Positions 23,839 through 36,936 of a DNA stretch of 64,000 nt are shown in pieces. The DNA comes from Toensbergia leucococca (taxonomy: Eukaryota). The translations under genes and the position numbers were made by a program. The stretch covers positions 1 to 64,000 of the forward strand of contig JALDZS010000008.1 in assembly GCA_022813965.1 (NCBI GenBank), written 5' to 3'. The stretch's first letter is position 1. Every line of letters begins with the position of its first letter. The notes under the pieces are model-generated. The model was given only the letters and a program-made list of their open reading frames with translations. It was not told the origin of the DNA and searched no databases.

Positions 23839-25212
23839 CTTGTTATGTCTGGCAAGGAAAACTTGGATAGATTGATTGAAAGGTGAAGGGAATCTCCTAG
23901 AGAGATGTAAGAGGAAATTGGGATATGAGACTCTCGAAGAGGATTACTGCTCGTCTTATATGAGCTGGAGGTCCTTCACTCGGTACTGTGACAGGATGCG
24001 GCAGCAGCGGAAGAGAAGTCACCAGCACAGATCATTCCTTGCCGCCTATCCCCATCAGTCGACCTCCGGACGTCAAGAGGGACTGCCAAGATATCCAAAG
24101 CCCAAAAAGGCGAACACAGCAAAGAGATGAATAGCTGGACAGCTGATGCCCAAGTTTCAGCCTTAATTTCCCATCAAAGCCCTCGTTATATTCAATTTGT
24201 TATCCACCATGTCTTCCATAGGTAATCTCCCCTCATGGCCATTCCATCTTTAGTCTCGAGATATCTACACGTACCAGGTGCTTTTTCAATCCGCCTTTCT
24301 ATATCTGACTGAGCAATGGGCTTTCACCTCTCAATGAAAGCTCCCAGCCGACGTAAGCCAAAACCCGGCAATGACTTCCCGCTTCCCTCTAGTGTTCGAC
24401 AGAACATGGTAAACTGAATTTCAGATGCAAGGATAACGGTGCACAGTTTAGGCCGATACATTAAGATGCCAGTGTTCTAAGTTGGGCACGTTCAAGAAGC
24501 CTGAACGAGGTGAGTGGACGACACTGAGGCGATTTGACTACACCCATCAAGGTCTTTGTCGGGATTCGATGGGATGATCAATCCAAACATTGACTTTCAC
24601 CGACAGGCTTTTACAAAGTTTTTTTTCGAAGCAGCTGGCATGATGCATTGAAACAACTCAGACAATGCGGCGAAGTCTCAAGACAAGGCTGAAAGGGTTC
24701 TGGAGACAGGCAGATTTCGGGACTATCGTACAAATTAGTTCCATATGAGCCCATGCGGACATATCACCATAGCTACCGTATTGATGCATCGATATAAACT
24801 GAGCAGAGAGGCAAAGATTTATGATGTTGACGACGTGATAATGCCAAGGCATTGTAGTAGCTTCGCAGCCGATTTGGAGATTTCAAAAGTTCTGTATGGC
24901 CGTTTTGCTATGGGCTCGTAGAAACTTCGGTGGTGGTTGCAAGAGTGCAAGCGTTACACGTAGATAAAGAGACTTTGTGTTCTCTCCGCTTGATTAAAAG
25001 AAATAGGAAGGTCAATGTGAAAAGGCTCCGAGACGACTTTTTAGATGAACAGAACATCAGTTTGGAACGCAAATCAATTCTATCAGGCCCCATCTAGTAC
25101 CTTATTAAGCCTCTATCTGATCTAATACAAAGATATTATAATACAAAAAGCACCTAACGTAGCAGGCTTAGCCCAAGAGGCCATATCTGAGCACAATTCA
25201 AAGTAACAGCAT

Positions 25213-27076
25213 TCAAGCCTTCAGTCTTGGAAAAGGATCGTCCCTAGTCTTTTTCCCAGCCTGCTTCTTGCCGCCCCTCGCGTCACTCTTTCTGCTTGGC
25301 TCTTGCCTGCCACTGTTGATGCCAGAAGCTACATCACTTCTCGGATGTTTGGGAGGGTGTCTATGATGCGGACCATCATCTGTGCCTCTCGCAGCGTATC
25401 GAATGCCAGGGACGTTTTTCAGACCCATCTTCGAAACAGTGCTTCGTTCCATTGCTGGCGGCTCTGGACAGTTCATCCCTTCCAATGCTAGCTCGTTCGC
25501 CATGGCGACTAAGCCCTGTGGGTCAACCCTCAGCTTGTTCATGAAACCTTTCATGAACCCTAGGTAAGCAGAGTAGGCCTTTTGCTTCGCGATATCTTCA
25601 ATTTTAGCCATGATCCCAATCGCGTTCTGATGAGCAGCAGTATTATTGTTGATCTGAGCCGAATATTTGTGAGGTTCTATACTCAGCTGGGGATTGGTAT
25701 GAAGAAAAAAAGACTCGGCTTGAGTCAGGAGAATGACGGCTCGTCCGTCCTTATCAGCACGAGCCGTCCGGCCGACTCGGTGGACATACTGTTCTCCACT
25801 TGATGGAAGACCGACCTGGACCACCAAGGTCACGTTCGGGAAGTCCATGCCACGACCTACGACATCTGTGGCAAACATAAGGCCACTCGAGGCTGCTTTG
25901 AATTCGGCAGTAGTCCGGGTTCGCTGCGACTGGCTGAGCCTCGATTGAAGTTCATACACTTTGAGAGGGGTCTGGCCTTGGAATACCTTGGCGTAAAGCG
26001 CTACACACTGGGCGGTCGTTCCAAACACGATTATCTTTGAATCTTTAAGAGTCTCTTGATATTCCAGCTGAATGAGGTACAACAATGCAGCGAATGTGTC
26101 CTTGACCGATGGTATGACTACCGAAAATTGCGGGACTCTGCACGAGATTATGTCAGTCAATTAGTCCTGCTCAAAATAATTTAGCTGAAAACATTTTCGA
26201 TTGACTTACCGAGCATGCGTAGGGGGTTCGCTCCTGTCTATTGTAGAAATAGTCGTGTACCCAGGCTTCAAAACACAGTTAATGACATCTCTGATCTTCG
26301 GCGGGACTGTGGCCGAAAAGCACATTCCCTGCCAGCCGAGTTTCTTAGGTGGAAGTAGTCTCAGTATTTGAAGTATATCATTGAGGAAGCCAGTTTCTAG
26401 CATAGTGTCTGCTTCATCCAAGATTAGTGTTTGCAAGTTGGAAAACTTTTCTTTAGTGGGAGCTTCAGATAAGTAGTCCTTAAGGCGACCAGGTGTGGCG
26501 ACGAGGACAGAGGGCGCGCCACTCATGAACCGATTGTGGTTGCTTGCTCGAGCCGTCCCTATATGCCGTATTAGTTGAAATACTAGTGAATATCAAGAAC
26601 ATCTCTCATACCTCCGAATGCTGTATGGCATTCGATCGGCATTTGCAACTGAGAAGTGAGTTGATCACATTCCTTAGCAATCTGAAGCGCCAGCTCACGA
26701 GTTGGTGAAAGAACAAGGATAGCCACATGTCCTCTCTGTAAAGGCGGCGAGGTCAGGAAAGACTGCAAGGCAGGTAAGAGGAAGGCTATAGTCTTGCCTG
26801 TACCAGTCTTGGCCTGGACTAGGCTATGCTATGGTTAGAAGTGACTATAGAGACGCAGCCATGTTCGACAACGTGGAGGTCATGGACGTACCAGTCACTC
26901 TTCAAAGTGGGTAATTCGGAGAGGACTTTACTCTGTACTGGTGTCATATACTCAAATCCCATTACATCAACTGCTTTGATTAGAGCAGGTTGAAGTTTCC
27001 CTTGCAAGCTTTGAAAGGGCTGAGCATGCAGCGCTTTCAGGGAGGCCGTAGAATAGACAGCCTTGAGGTTGGACAT
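25213..27076 (-). CDS. DEAD-box RNA helicase, Mss116-like, 4 exons
   Basis: Q motif (GFEYMTPVQ), AKTGTGKT, SPTRELA, TPGRL, DEAD, SAT, GRGMDF and HRVGRTAR. Confidence 0.9.
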
Positions 27077-27690
27077 GATGAAGGTCGCAGGTGATCTAAA
27101 ATTTATGGGCTTTGCCTTAAAAGATTGGAGTGTCAGGTAAATGAGGTTGGGCCGGTTCTTTGTTTATGTGAAAAAGGGATGATGGATTGGAAGGAATGAA
27201 CACACTGTAGGTTTTCTCAAAACCGGGAGCACGAGCTGGAAGCGTGAACAACGCGATGCCTGTGTAGCAAAACTCATTTATCATGATACAGTATCTAGGT
27301 GAACGATGCAACAATACAAAGTCGTGCTACTGTGGAGTATTGACTGCCAAGTACAAGTACACTTTCTAAGTAACACAGTTGACACAACTTCAAAAGTCCT
27401 GGTACTCGGCTGGTAGAAAGTGTCTGGGAAGATGACTTGAATGAGTGGATGTCTTAATAAGAATCTGATGTTATTGATGGGTGGTTGAGGCAGATCGAGG
27501 ATACTCCCGAAAATTATCTGAGGTTTCATTAGCGCCGCCTACGGTTCCGCAAGCGACGGTATCAAGGAGCAAGGGTCAGTGAACCAATCAACATCGTTCA
27601 ATATAATAATACAAAGCTCCGGAGTCCAAGGCGCAACATCTATTCGTACCTAGCAATCTCGTTCCCATCCCCGCAACTCCAATTCTTATC

Positions 27691-29115
27691 ATGCCGCCTT
27701 CTCGTCCAGTCCCGCGCCCCAAGCGTGGCGGCGAAGACTTTGCCCGCACCCACCACCTCTCCACCCCGTCCAAAAAACCTCGCTTCGACGTCCGCAACCC
27801 CTCCGCCCTCGCCCCCGACGCCCCCGAAGAAGACGCCATCCTCGAGGCTGACGAGATTGGTAAGCGCGGGCAGCAAACAAAGCGAAATGCCGTGAACATA
27901 GATGGGTATGAGTCTGATAGTTCGAATGAGGGGTTTGACGCTAGAGCTGAGGCGAAGGCGGCCGAGGAGGCGAAAAAAAACGGCAGGGGCAGGGGCGGGG
28001 GCGGGGGATCGAAGATGGAGGAGGAGGCAGACATGTTTGCAGATGTGGAGGAGGCTAAAGAGGATGGGGATGAAGACGAGGAATTAAGAGGGCCAGGAAA
28101 GAAGCAGAGAAAAGAAGTGCGGTTTTTGGACGCCAAGGACATTGAGGGCCAGGTTGCTGGAAGCAAGAGCGGGGGCCATGTCAGTGCTGATTTTTCACTT
28201 AACGGCGGTGGATTAGCGACGAATGGACAAGCTAGGGACAAGGGTCGAGAAGTAGAGAGTAGCAGTGAGAGCGATGTCGATGAGGAGGAAAGGGCGAACA
28301 TTGCAGGACAAGTCGACGAGGAGGTGGGCGCGGGAGGAAAGAAAGAACATGCGCCCAAACTAGATGCCTTCAACATGAGGTCCGAGCAGGAAGAGGGCCG
28401 ATTCGACGCATCAGGCAATTTCGTGCGCAAAGCCGCGGATCCTGACGCGGTGCATGATTCGTGGCTAGAGGGAGTGTCAAAGCGCGATATGAAGAAGGCC
28501 AAAGAGGCGGCGGATAAGAGAGACGAGGAGCGACGGCGGAAGAACGTGGAAGCTGATGCGGTGCTTACGAGCGATATCCTCAAAGGGTTGATACCGAGAT
28601 TAGAGCGGGGGGAAACGGTTCTGGAGGCGCTAGCGAGGCTGGGAAAGGGGAAAGAGAAGAAACCGAAGTGGCAGAATAAGAATCGGAATAAGCGGAAATT
28701 GGAAGATGAGATGGAGGTTGATGCTGAGAAAGCGGGCGAGGATCCGGCCGAGATCAGGCGGCGGGAAGAAGTGGAGGCGATTACCGGTGCGGCGGATCAG
28801 CTGCTCACAAGAGGACAGATGGAGATATACGATGCAGAGCGAGAGCTGCTGATGCGGCAGTATCGTCGAGAAACGGGCGAAGATTGGGTGGATGCGCCAC
28901 CAGAAGAGATGTCAGGGGAGGGCGTAGTCAAAGGGAGAGATGCCAAGCAGTGGGAGTACCGGTGGTCGGATGCGCGGGACGGCGGTGAAGCTCATGGGCC
29001 ATACGACGGCGCCATGATGCTGTCTTGGAACGAGGCTGGGTACTTTGGCGACGGAGTCGAGTTCAGGCCTGTAGGTGACGAGCGGGAATGGAGTCGATAC
29101 GCGCAGTTTACATGA
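27691..29115 (+). CDS. LIN1: U5 snRNP 52K / CD2BP2 / Lin1 GYF-domain protein
   Basis: LDAFNMRSEQEEGRFDASGNFVR, D.WL, ETVLEALARL, and a C-terminal GYF domain WEYRW...HGPY...W...GYF. Confidence 0.9.
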   Translation: MPPSRPVPRPKRGGEDFARTHHLSTPSKKPRFDVRNPSALAPDAPEEDAILEADEIGKRGQQTKRNAVNIDGYESDSSNEGFDARAEAKAAEEAKKNGRGRGGGGGSKMEEEADMFADVEEAKEDGDEDEELRGPGKKQRKEVRFLDAKDIEGQVAGSKSGGHVSADFSLNGGGLATNGQARDKGREVESSSESDVDEEERANIAGQVDEEVGAGGKKEHAPKLDAFNMRSEQEEGRFDASGNFVRKAADPDAVHDSWLEGVSKRDMKKAKEAADKRDEERRRKNVEADAVLTSDILKGLIPRLERGETVLEALARLGKGKEKKPKWQNKNRNKRKLEDEMEVDAEKAGEDPAEIRRREEVEAITGAADQLLTRGQMEIYDAERELLMRQYRRETGEDWVDAPPEEMSGEGVVKGRDAKQWEYRWSDARDGGEAHGPYDGAMMLSWNEAGYFGDGVEFRPVGDEREWSRYAQFT

Positions 29116-29265
29116 TACCTCAATAGCACCACGTTGCAATACAAAGATACCCCCAAGACGAGACTGTTAGATCTTCGCTCATCCTGCCTCTATGCTAATG
29201 TACAAGATTTTCCGTTGACTTTCCATGCCCAAACTCCGAAACCTCCCGAGCCGATTGGGCTAATG

Positions 29266-30785
<1,520 letters not shown>

Positions 30786-30939
30786 GCTGAGGTCTTCTGT
30801 GACTTTTGCAGTAGTTGGGCTTGCCTCGTTCGCGTGATTGGTGTTGAAGATGAATGTTGATATTGATTACAGCTCCGAGGAATTTACAAAATTTTATTGA
30901 AATTAATATTATGTTTAATAAAATTCGTCCGATACAACT

Positions 30940-31070
30940 TCCTCAATGGTCTAGTGGTCATGATTTCCGCTTGTCAATTGATAAAGCGCGGGAGACCAGG
31001 GTTCGATTCGTAAGCATGGCAACAGTTCCTAAACTTACCATTTCTAACAATCACGTAGCCTGTTGGGGAG
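30940..31070 (+). tRNA. tRNA-Asp(GTC) with a 10-nt canonical intron (30977-30986) and a 49-nt spliceosomal-type intron in the T-arm (31010-31058)
   Basis: The spliced sequence TCCTCAATGGTCTAGTGGTCATGATTTCCGCTTGTCA-CGCGGGAGACCAGGGTTCGATTC-CCTGTTGGGGAG is 72 nt. Stems are acceptor TCCTCAA/TTGGGGA, anticodon TCCGC/GCGGG and T-stem CAGGG/CCCTG. The anticodon GTC is at 30973-30975 and the discriminator is G. Confidence 0.92.
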
Positions 31071-31078
31071 AATTTGTC

Positions 31079-31090
31079 TTTTGTCATTTT
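31079..31090 (+). terminator. Oligo-T RNA polymerase III terminator candidate
   Basis: TTTT runs at 31079-31082 and from 31087, just downstream of the tRNA 3' end. Confidence 0.55.
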
Positions 31091-31345
31091 TATCCTCTTA
31101 GACTTCCATATGAAGACGAACATTTCAGAACCACCAAATACCGAGATACTAATGAGGCTAAACAGAGGATCACCTGAGCTGATGTGATGAGTTACCTCCA
31201 ATTGATCATCTTGCAATCCTCAAATTTGAAGCTCTAAGATGTATTGCACGTAACTCCATGTCGCTCGTAGTAAAGAAATCGTGAGGGTCATACCGCTGCA
31301 AGTATTCACAGTGGGTATCTAATCTGTCATCTAAACTCAACCGGC

Positions 31346-33241
31346 CTACCTCCTCAACTTCCAAACCCAAGCCGCATATATCCCAGCACTGCACCCCACA
31401 GCCCCCAAGCTGCCTAAAGCCAAATACCGGAAATTTGACGGCGTACCATACACAGCCGTTGCTACCCAGTGACACAACTGAAAGAACGACTGAAAGGATT
31501 GCTCAGTGCCAGCAAAGGCGGAGCGCCGGTCTTCGAGAACGCGGGTTTGCGTGATTTCTTGCGTCGTTAGGTCATAGGTCCAGATCCCGAGGCGGGAGGA
31601 GGAAAGGAAGAAGACAAGAGCGATTACTGCGAAAGGTTGGGCGGAGAGGATGGGAATGGGGGCATTGGAGGCGTCTGATGATGAGGATGGAATGCTTGTG
31701 TTGGGCGTAATTTGCCAGAGGGCGAGGACGACGGGGATCTATGTAGATTAGTTAGGCCATCACTCTTGAATTGGTTCGAACGAGCGGGCTGGCCCTTACC
31801 AAACAAAAGAATTGCCAAGTTATGCCGTAGAGACCCACTTTCTCCAGAACATTTCCACCATTGCCTCTTGCTTCTTTGTCCCCGCCAGAAAAGAATTCTA
31901 CCGCCTCATCGTCTGTAGGGGCATCCGGCGCTCGTTCTCTCGAAAGACGATGAATGACCCAAGGCGTCAAGACCGTGCTACTGACTTCAATCAAACTGCC
32001 TGTAGCGCTTGCAATGGTGATGAGATATAATGAAACACCAATGTTCAGTAAGTATGTGATGAGCGATGCGGAGTACGCCAAAACTGTGAGATGAAGAAGT
32101 GCCCAAGCCATGGACGGAATCCAGACACTGGTTGAAAAGTACTGTTGCAACAGCAGACTCTGGTCCCAAAACCACACCACGCTCTGATGCCATATTTCAT
32201 ATAATAAATTCAGTGGATTTCGAATAGAAATGGCTTCATTTCCAGACACACGTTCAATAATTGAAACTGTATCAAATTTTGCAAATTCTTTTGGAGAACA
32301 TAGTGCGGAGCTCGATGAATACACCTTCCGAGCACACCAAAGTTCGGCAGCCCATGATAGACCGCTGACCAACGCCACCGCAATAATTCCAATCTGATGA
32401 TGGTTGACTGTCGTTACGAAACCGGAGATAAGGAAAGGCGTAATAACTTTACAGATCAGATCAATGCGTCTCATCACGGCATTTAAATGGGTGAGATCGT
32501 ATGGTGTTGACGCTGATAGTGAAGACGCTGACGATGGAGCGAGGATAGGTAGCCAGTCTCGGTCAAGCGATATTCTATTAGCAATGTCGCTAAGGTGTTC
32601 AACAACACCGAGTATGAGGATTATGGCAAATAGGATGTTCTTCATGTGGCCGGACGGCGTCCAATCGAAGGATCTCTGAAGCAAAGTGTCGCCTCTGGTT
32701 TCCACATGGTCATAAATAGTATTCCGCCGTCTAACGGCTGCTTTGTCATCGTTGGCAAGAAAAAGCCAGAAGACATAGGCTATAACGATTGAAATACGCT
32801 GAGCGGAAATTGTTACTCTAAGAATCCAAAGTCGAGAAGGTGCATGATCAATCCAACTTCCGACGGCTGAGGCGAAGCATATTGATGCCACTGTCGTTGA
32901 TATCCCCCTTGCTCATGATCAGCTTCCTTCATTGAATCATGGTCTGTAATCATATTTACCGTATAGACGTAGCAGTAAGGGTATCTGGATAAGCCGCAGC
33001 CGTGAAGACTATCTGCAGTCAAATCAGTACGATAGGGCCCTGCTATTGAGGCCTATGAAAATGTTCTTACGGCAGCAAATTCATATGTGCGAGCGTTCCA
33101 TGCAAACAAGAAATGCAAAATGTACAAACACCAGGCTTGCCCACGAGTCATGTATTGAGGGTCATCTTCGGACAGGTCTAATTCGGACTCTGGGCTGCCG
33201 ATTTTGGCAAGCTCGGTGCTGCTGCTCCTAGAAGAGGACAT
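31346..33241 (-). CDS. Ferroportin (FPN1/SLC40) family transporter, 4 exons
   Basis: LYILHFLFAWNARTYEFAA, ISLDRDW, LNAVMRRIDLICK, LHLTVLAYS and SRLGIWTYDL. Stop codon at 31346-31348. Confidence 0.88.
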
Positions 33242-33618
33242 AAGGTAAGAGAAAAAGCATTACGTGAAGAAAAGAATGAGCAAGAAAGACTTTGAACACA
33301 ACCAACCTTCAGCGAATTCCTCCATCTCGCCGACTGACCGTCAGGAGCGTGCCGCAAGTGCCGCTATTAAAACCATGGTTCCCCAGTCAAACGCGGGTCG
33401 AGGCTGAAACTCGGCGTGTCAGCTCGTCAGCCCTAGTATGCTAGCATCGTCGAACAACCTTAGTGCTTCGGTAAGGTAATATCAAAAGCTCAGCCCTACA
33501 TGCCCGAATGACAGACTAACACTAATAAGAACTTTAGCCTATGAAGACATTTAATGAAGACATTTGAAGCTCAATCCTAAGATAAGCTATACGTATCATA
33601 AAGATATACTCATTGAGT

Positions 33619-34491
33619 ATGCCAGTATGTCTCCTGTCTCTCCAAGTACCACTAAATCAAGCTCAAGCTAAAATCTCCAAAGGCCTACCACTCCATCTTC
33701 CTCCAAGACCAAGATGTCCGAATAATCGGTCCGTTCCCCAGCCCTTTCTCATGTCCCGCCCAACTTCCCTGACCTCGCCCCCACCCTTCTCTAGGCAACA
33801 TTGCCCTCCTGCCTCTCCGCACCCGCACCCGCGGTCCCGCCTATGTTCTTCCCGCCCTCCCCCCGTCCACCTCCCACCTCGACATCGACCCGGACAGCGA
33901 ATCCTATGACCTCCTCGACGAAGTCCTATCCCTTTTCCGCGCCAACACCTTTTTTCGCAACTTTGAGATCAAGGGCCCCGCCGACCGGTTGCTAATTTAT
34001 GGGATTTTGTTCGTGAGCGAGTGTCTAGGTAAAATTAGGTGGACGATGGGGGCAAAGGAGGCGGAGAAGGTGGGGTCCTCTTTGAGGGCTGTTTTAGGAG
34101 GGGATTCTGTTTGCTGATGTTGGGCGGGAGTAATGTTCAGGCACTTACGAATACTGCGTTGGATCAATTTGCTATTCCGGGGGATGCGAGCTTTCCACTG
34201 AATCAGGCTTTTGAGGCTCCGAGGGATAGGCAGGATGTGGAGACATTACGACAGTAAGCTCACCTCAAGTTCTAACCTGGACACATTTCATACTCATGGT
34301 TTCTAGGTACTTGTCTCAAGTACGGCAGGAGTTGGCAATGAGGCTGTTGGCAAGGGTATATGCTGAGGGTGACAAGCCTTCCAAGGTAGATTCTGGCATA
34401 TCTTTCATTCGTCTTGGAGATGTAAGTACTAATATAGGGATAGTGGTGGCTAAGCTTCACGAAGCGGAAGTTCATGGGAAAATCTCTTTGA
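33619..34491 (+). CDS. ARC18: Arp2/3 complex subunit 3 (p21-Arc), 6 exons
   Basis: Spliced product MP|AYHSIFL...LLPLRTRTRGPA...FRANTFFRNFEIKGPADRLLIYG...YLSQVRQELA...PSK|WWLSFTKRKFMGKSL*. Confidence 0.95.
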
Positions 34492-34574
34492 TACTTTTCT
34501 TTAGATATAAGCACGACTGGCCAAAAAGCCTCTATGAATTATGAGAATGCTTGCATTATCTTGGACGAATGTTC

Positions 34575-36411
34575 TCAATTGTGATCAGATCCTAAAGAGT
34601 CCTCTCCTACCGAATCCATCGAACCATGCTGTAAATTAACATCGCTTTTGCCTTCATAGTCGTCCAATTTTCGTCGCTTGAACCTCCCTCTCGCTTCTAC
34701 TTTTCCCTCGGCAGGGAGCACTCTTGTCGCAGTGAAAATGTAACCTTCTGATCCTCCTCGTCCAGTCATCAATGGATGAGTCCTGCCAGGAAGGACCTGC
34801 CAGCTTCTACACCGCGCTGTCTGGATCGTGGGCGCCAGCAATAGTGTGGGATCTACGGGAAAGTCTTCACTAGGTAGAGTAGTCGGATCCGGGGTCTCCG
34901 TGGCAAAGGCAGTTCGCCGTGCTGACGAGTAGTAATCTGCGAGTTCTGCAAGAGACTCGATGGTAGGGGAATATACCACAACCTGAGCTGCGCCGCGCAA
35001 GAGGGGGACGACATGATGTAAGATCGTCACAGGACTCATTACCGAAGCCACAATCAGGCCGTCGAAGCCACCCGCGCGTGTTTCGTCCACAATGTATTTC
35101 GTACGCTCCCACCGTCGACGTTTGCGGTAGTAATTTCCTCGTTTGCCACTTTTCCAGCTCTGTAAAACTTCATTTGATAAAGTTTCTGGTTCGTTGTATC
35201 CGACGTCGTCATCTGGTGATATCAATTGAAGCCAAGAGAGTGTCTTGAGGTGGCCAGTGAGGGGATGAGCGGGATTTGGATTCGAAGAGTCAAAATGAAA
35301 GTATTTCAGGAGAGATAGATTCGGTTGAGAGTTGGCGTGGATGAGCGTAATGGTGTTTATCTCAATTGGCATCGCGGGCTTTTGAGATATATTAGATTTT
35401 GGCGTAGGTTCTAACGAATTGCCTTCGCTCGCGTCATTCCCTAAATCACCATTACCTGACTCAAGTTGTTGGGTCTCGGACAGGTGTATCATTTCGCTGT
35501 CTTCTGGACCCATATCTGCTTCGGTCATGTCTAGAAGCCGCAATTTCTCAGCCATAGCTGCGACTAGCAAGCCCCCAGTCTCATCGACCATAAGCCACCT
35601 GCCAGCGCGCGCTTTACTATCTCCATCATTGATACCTGGGATCTGGACTGAAGGTTCGAAGTGGACATTTGACCAGCTTCCAATCAGCGCAACGGACTCC
35701 TCTCTCAATTCCATGATCTTCATTGGCTCCTTTTCTGTCAATATCCAATTCGACAGAAGAGGTACGTCCAAAGGTAATACAGTGAACCTCTTCATGTATT
35801 TTTTCTCTTTTCGTAGGGTGTACTTGGCAAGAGCAAAAGCAGTCTTCTTATCTAATGCTGAGTGTGAGTCGAGGATTTTTGAGATGAGATCCTTTCCAGA
35901 GCCAGTTCCCTCAGCTTTCAAAGCCTCGATCTCGACCATAGTCATGATCTGTGTTCCGGGATCATCGACCGTCTCACGATTTGATCGCATGATCACCTGT
36001 CCGTTTTGACCGACTGCCTCATATTCGACCCCGTCTTTACTATCAATGACCTTACCATTGTCTGCTTCAAACGATGTGGATGATTCTTCCTCAATGATAT
36101 CTGCATACAGCTCGGACGCAGGTACTATCCGTAAGCATGAATGATTGGCACTCTTAGTCTTGTCAAGGATCTCGAAAGTGAGATAATACGGGCGGCCAAG
36201 AATATGATTGGCCTGGAAAGCGCCATATTTTCCAATAGATACCGTGCTAGAGAAGATGTTTAGCCATGGTGAAGTGATATATCAGGGTGAAGGGTGCTAT
36301 TGCTCACTCAAGCTATTTCACGTACGTATTTGGCGCAAGCTGAAGGACTTTTAGCGTATCTGATGGTAGTTGTAGGGCAACGAAGGCGTTGGGTCTAACA
36401 GAATCATACAT
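34575..36411 (-). CDS. TRM6: tRNA m1A58 methyltransferase non-catalytic subunit, 2 exons
   Basis: N-terminal TVSIGKYGAF after an intron, then KTAFALAKY, DETGGLLVAAMAE and WQVLPGRTHPLMTGRGG. Confidence 0.92.
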
Positions 36412-36936
36412 GTCGATGTGGAATGTACGGGTCGAGATGGTTATTGAAACCTCAAGTAAGCATTAATTGGAACATCACCAACCTAATGTTCAGACTTTGA
36501 CGATTCAGCCTTATTTTACGGCACTCGTTAGCTTGTAAATACGAAAAAGTTTCTTTTCTTATCGATTGTCACCAGCAAGGGTGAAGGGACCCTCGGACGG
36601 GGCCAACGACACGCAAGCTCTGATTATCTGATTACGTCCCCTCGCCTTCACCATGACTTTGCCCTAACATATTCCTACTCCATTGATACTCCTCTACTTG
36701 ATTATCCTCTTTCCAAGACCTTCTCTAAACCTATCTTTTAACCCTGATGCTGCGACTCCCTCCTCGCTTCTGCGCCTGGCTTGCACCGCCCTGCGCATTT
36801 TCAGCAAATCATCATTCATTCAGCCTCTTCATCCGCTCCAACCTATGATGGAACATATTTAGTATTCTGCCAGTACGAATGACAGTCACCCAGGCTCGCT
36901 CCCTTGTCAAAGCAACCCTCCCAGTCAATATACATC

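Noticed and set aside
27588..28583. 331-aa minus-strand ORF
   Set aside because: It is a Ser-rich antisense shadow of LIN1.
30854..31216. ORFs 30854-31177 (+) and 30974-31216 (-) over the tRNA, which could make the GT-AG insert an mRNA intron
   Set aside because: They have no recognisable protein features, and both flanks of the insert are fully explained as tRNA sequence.
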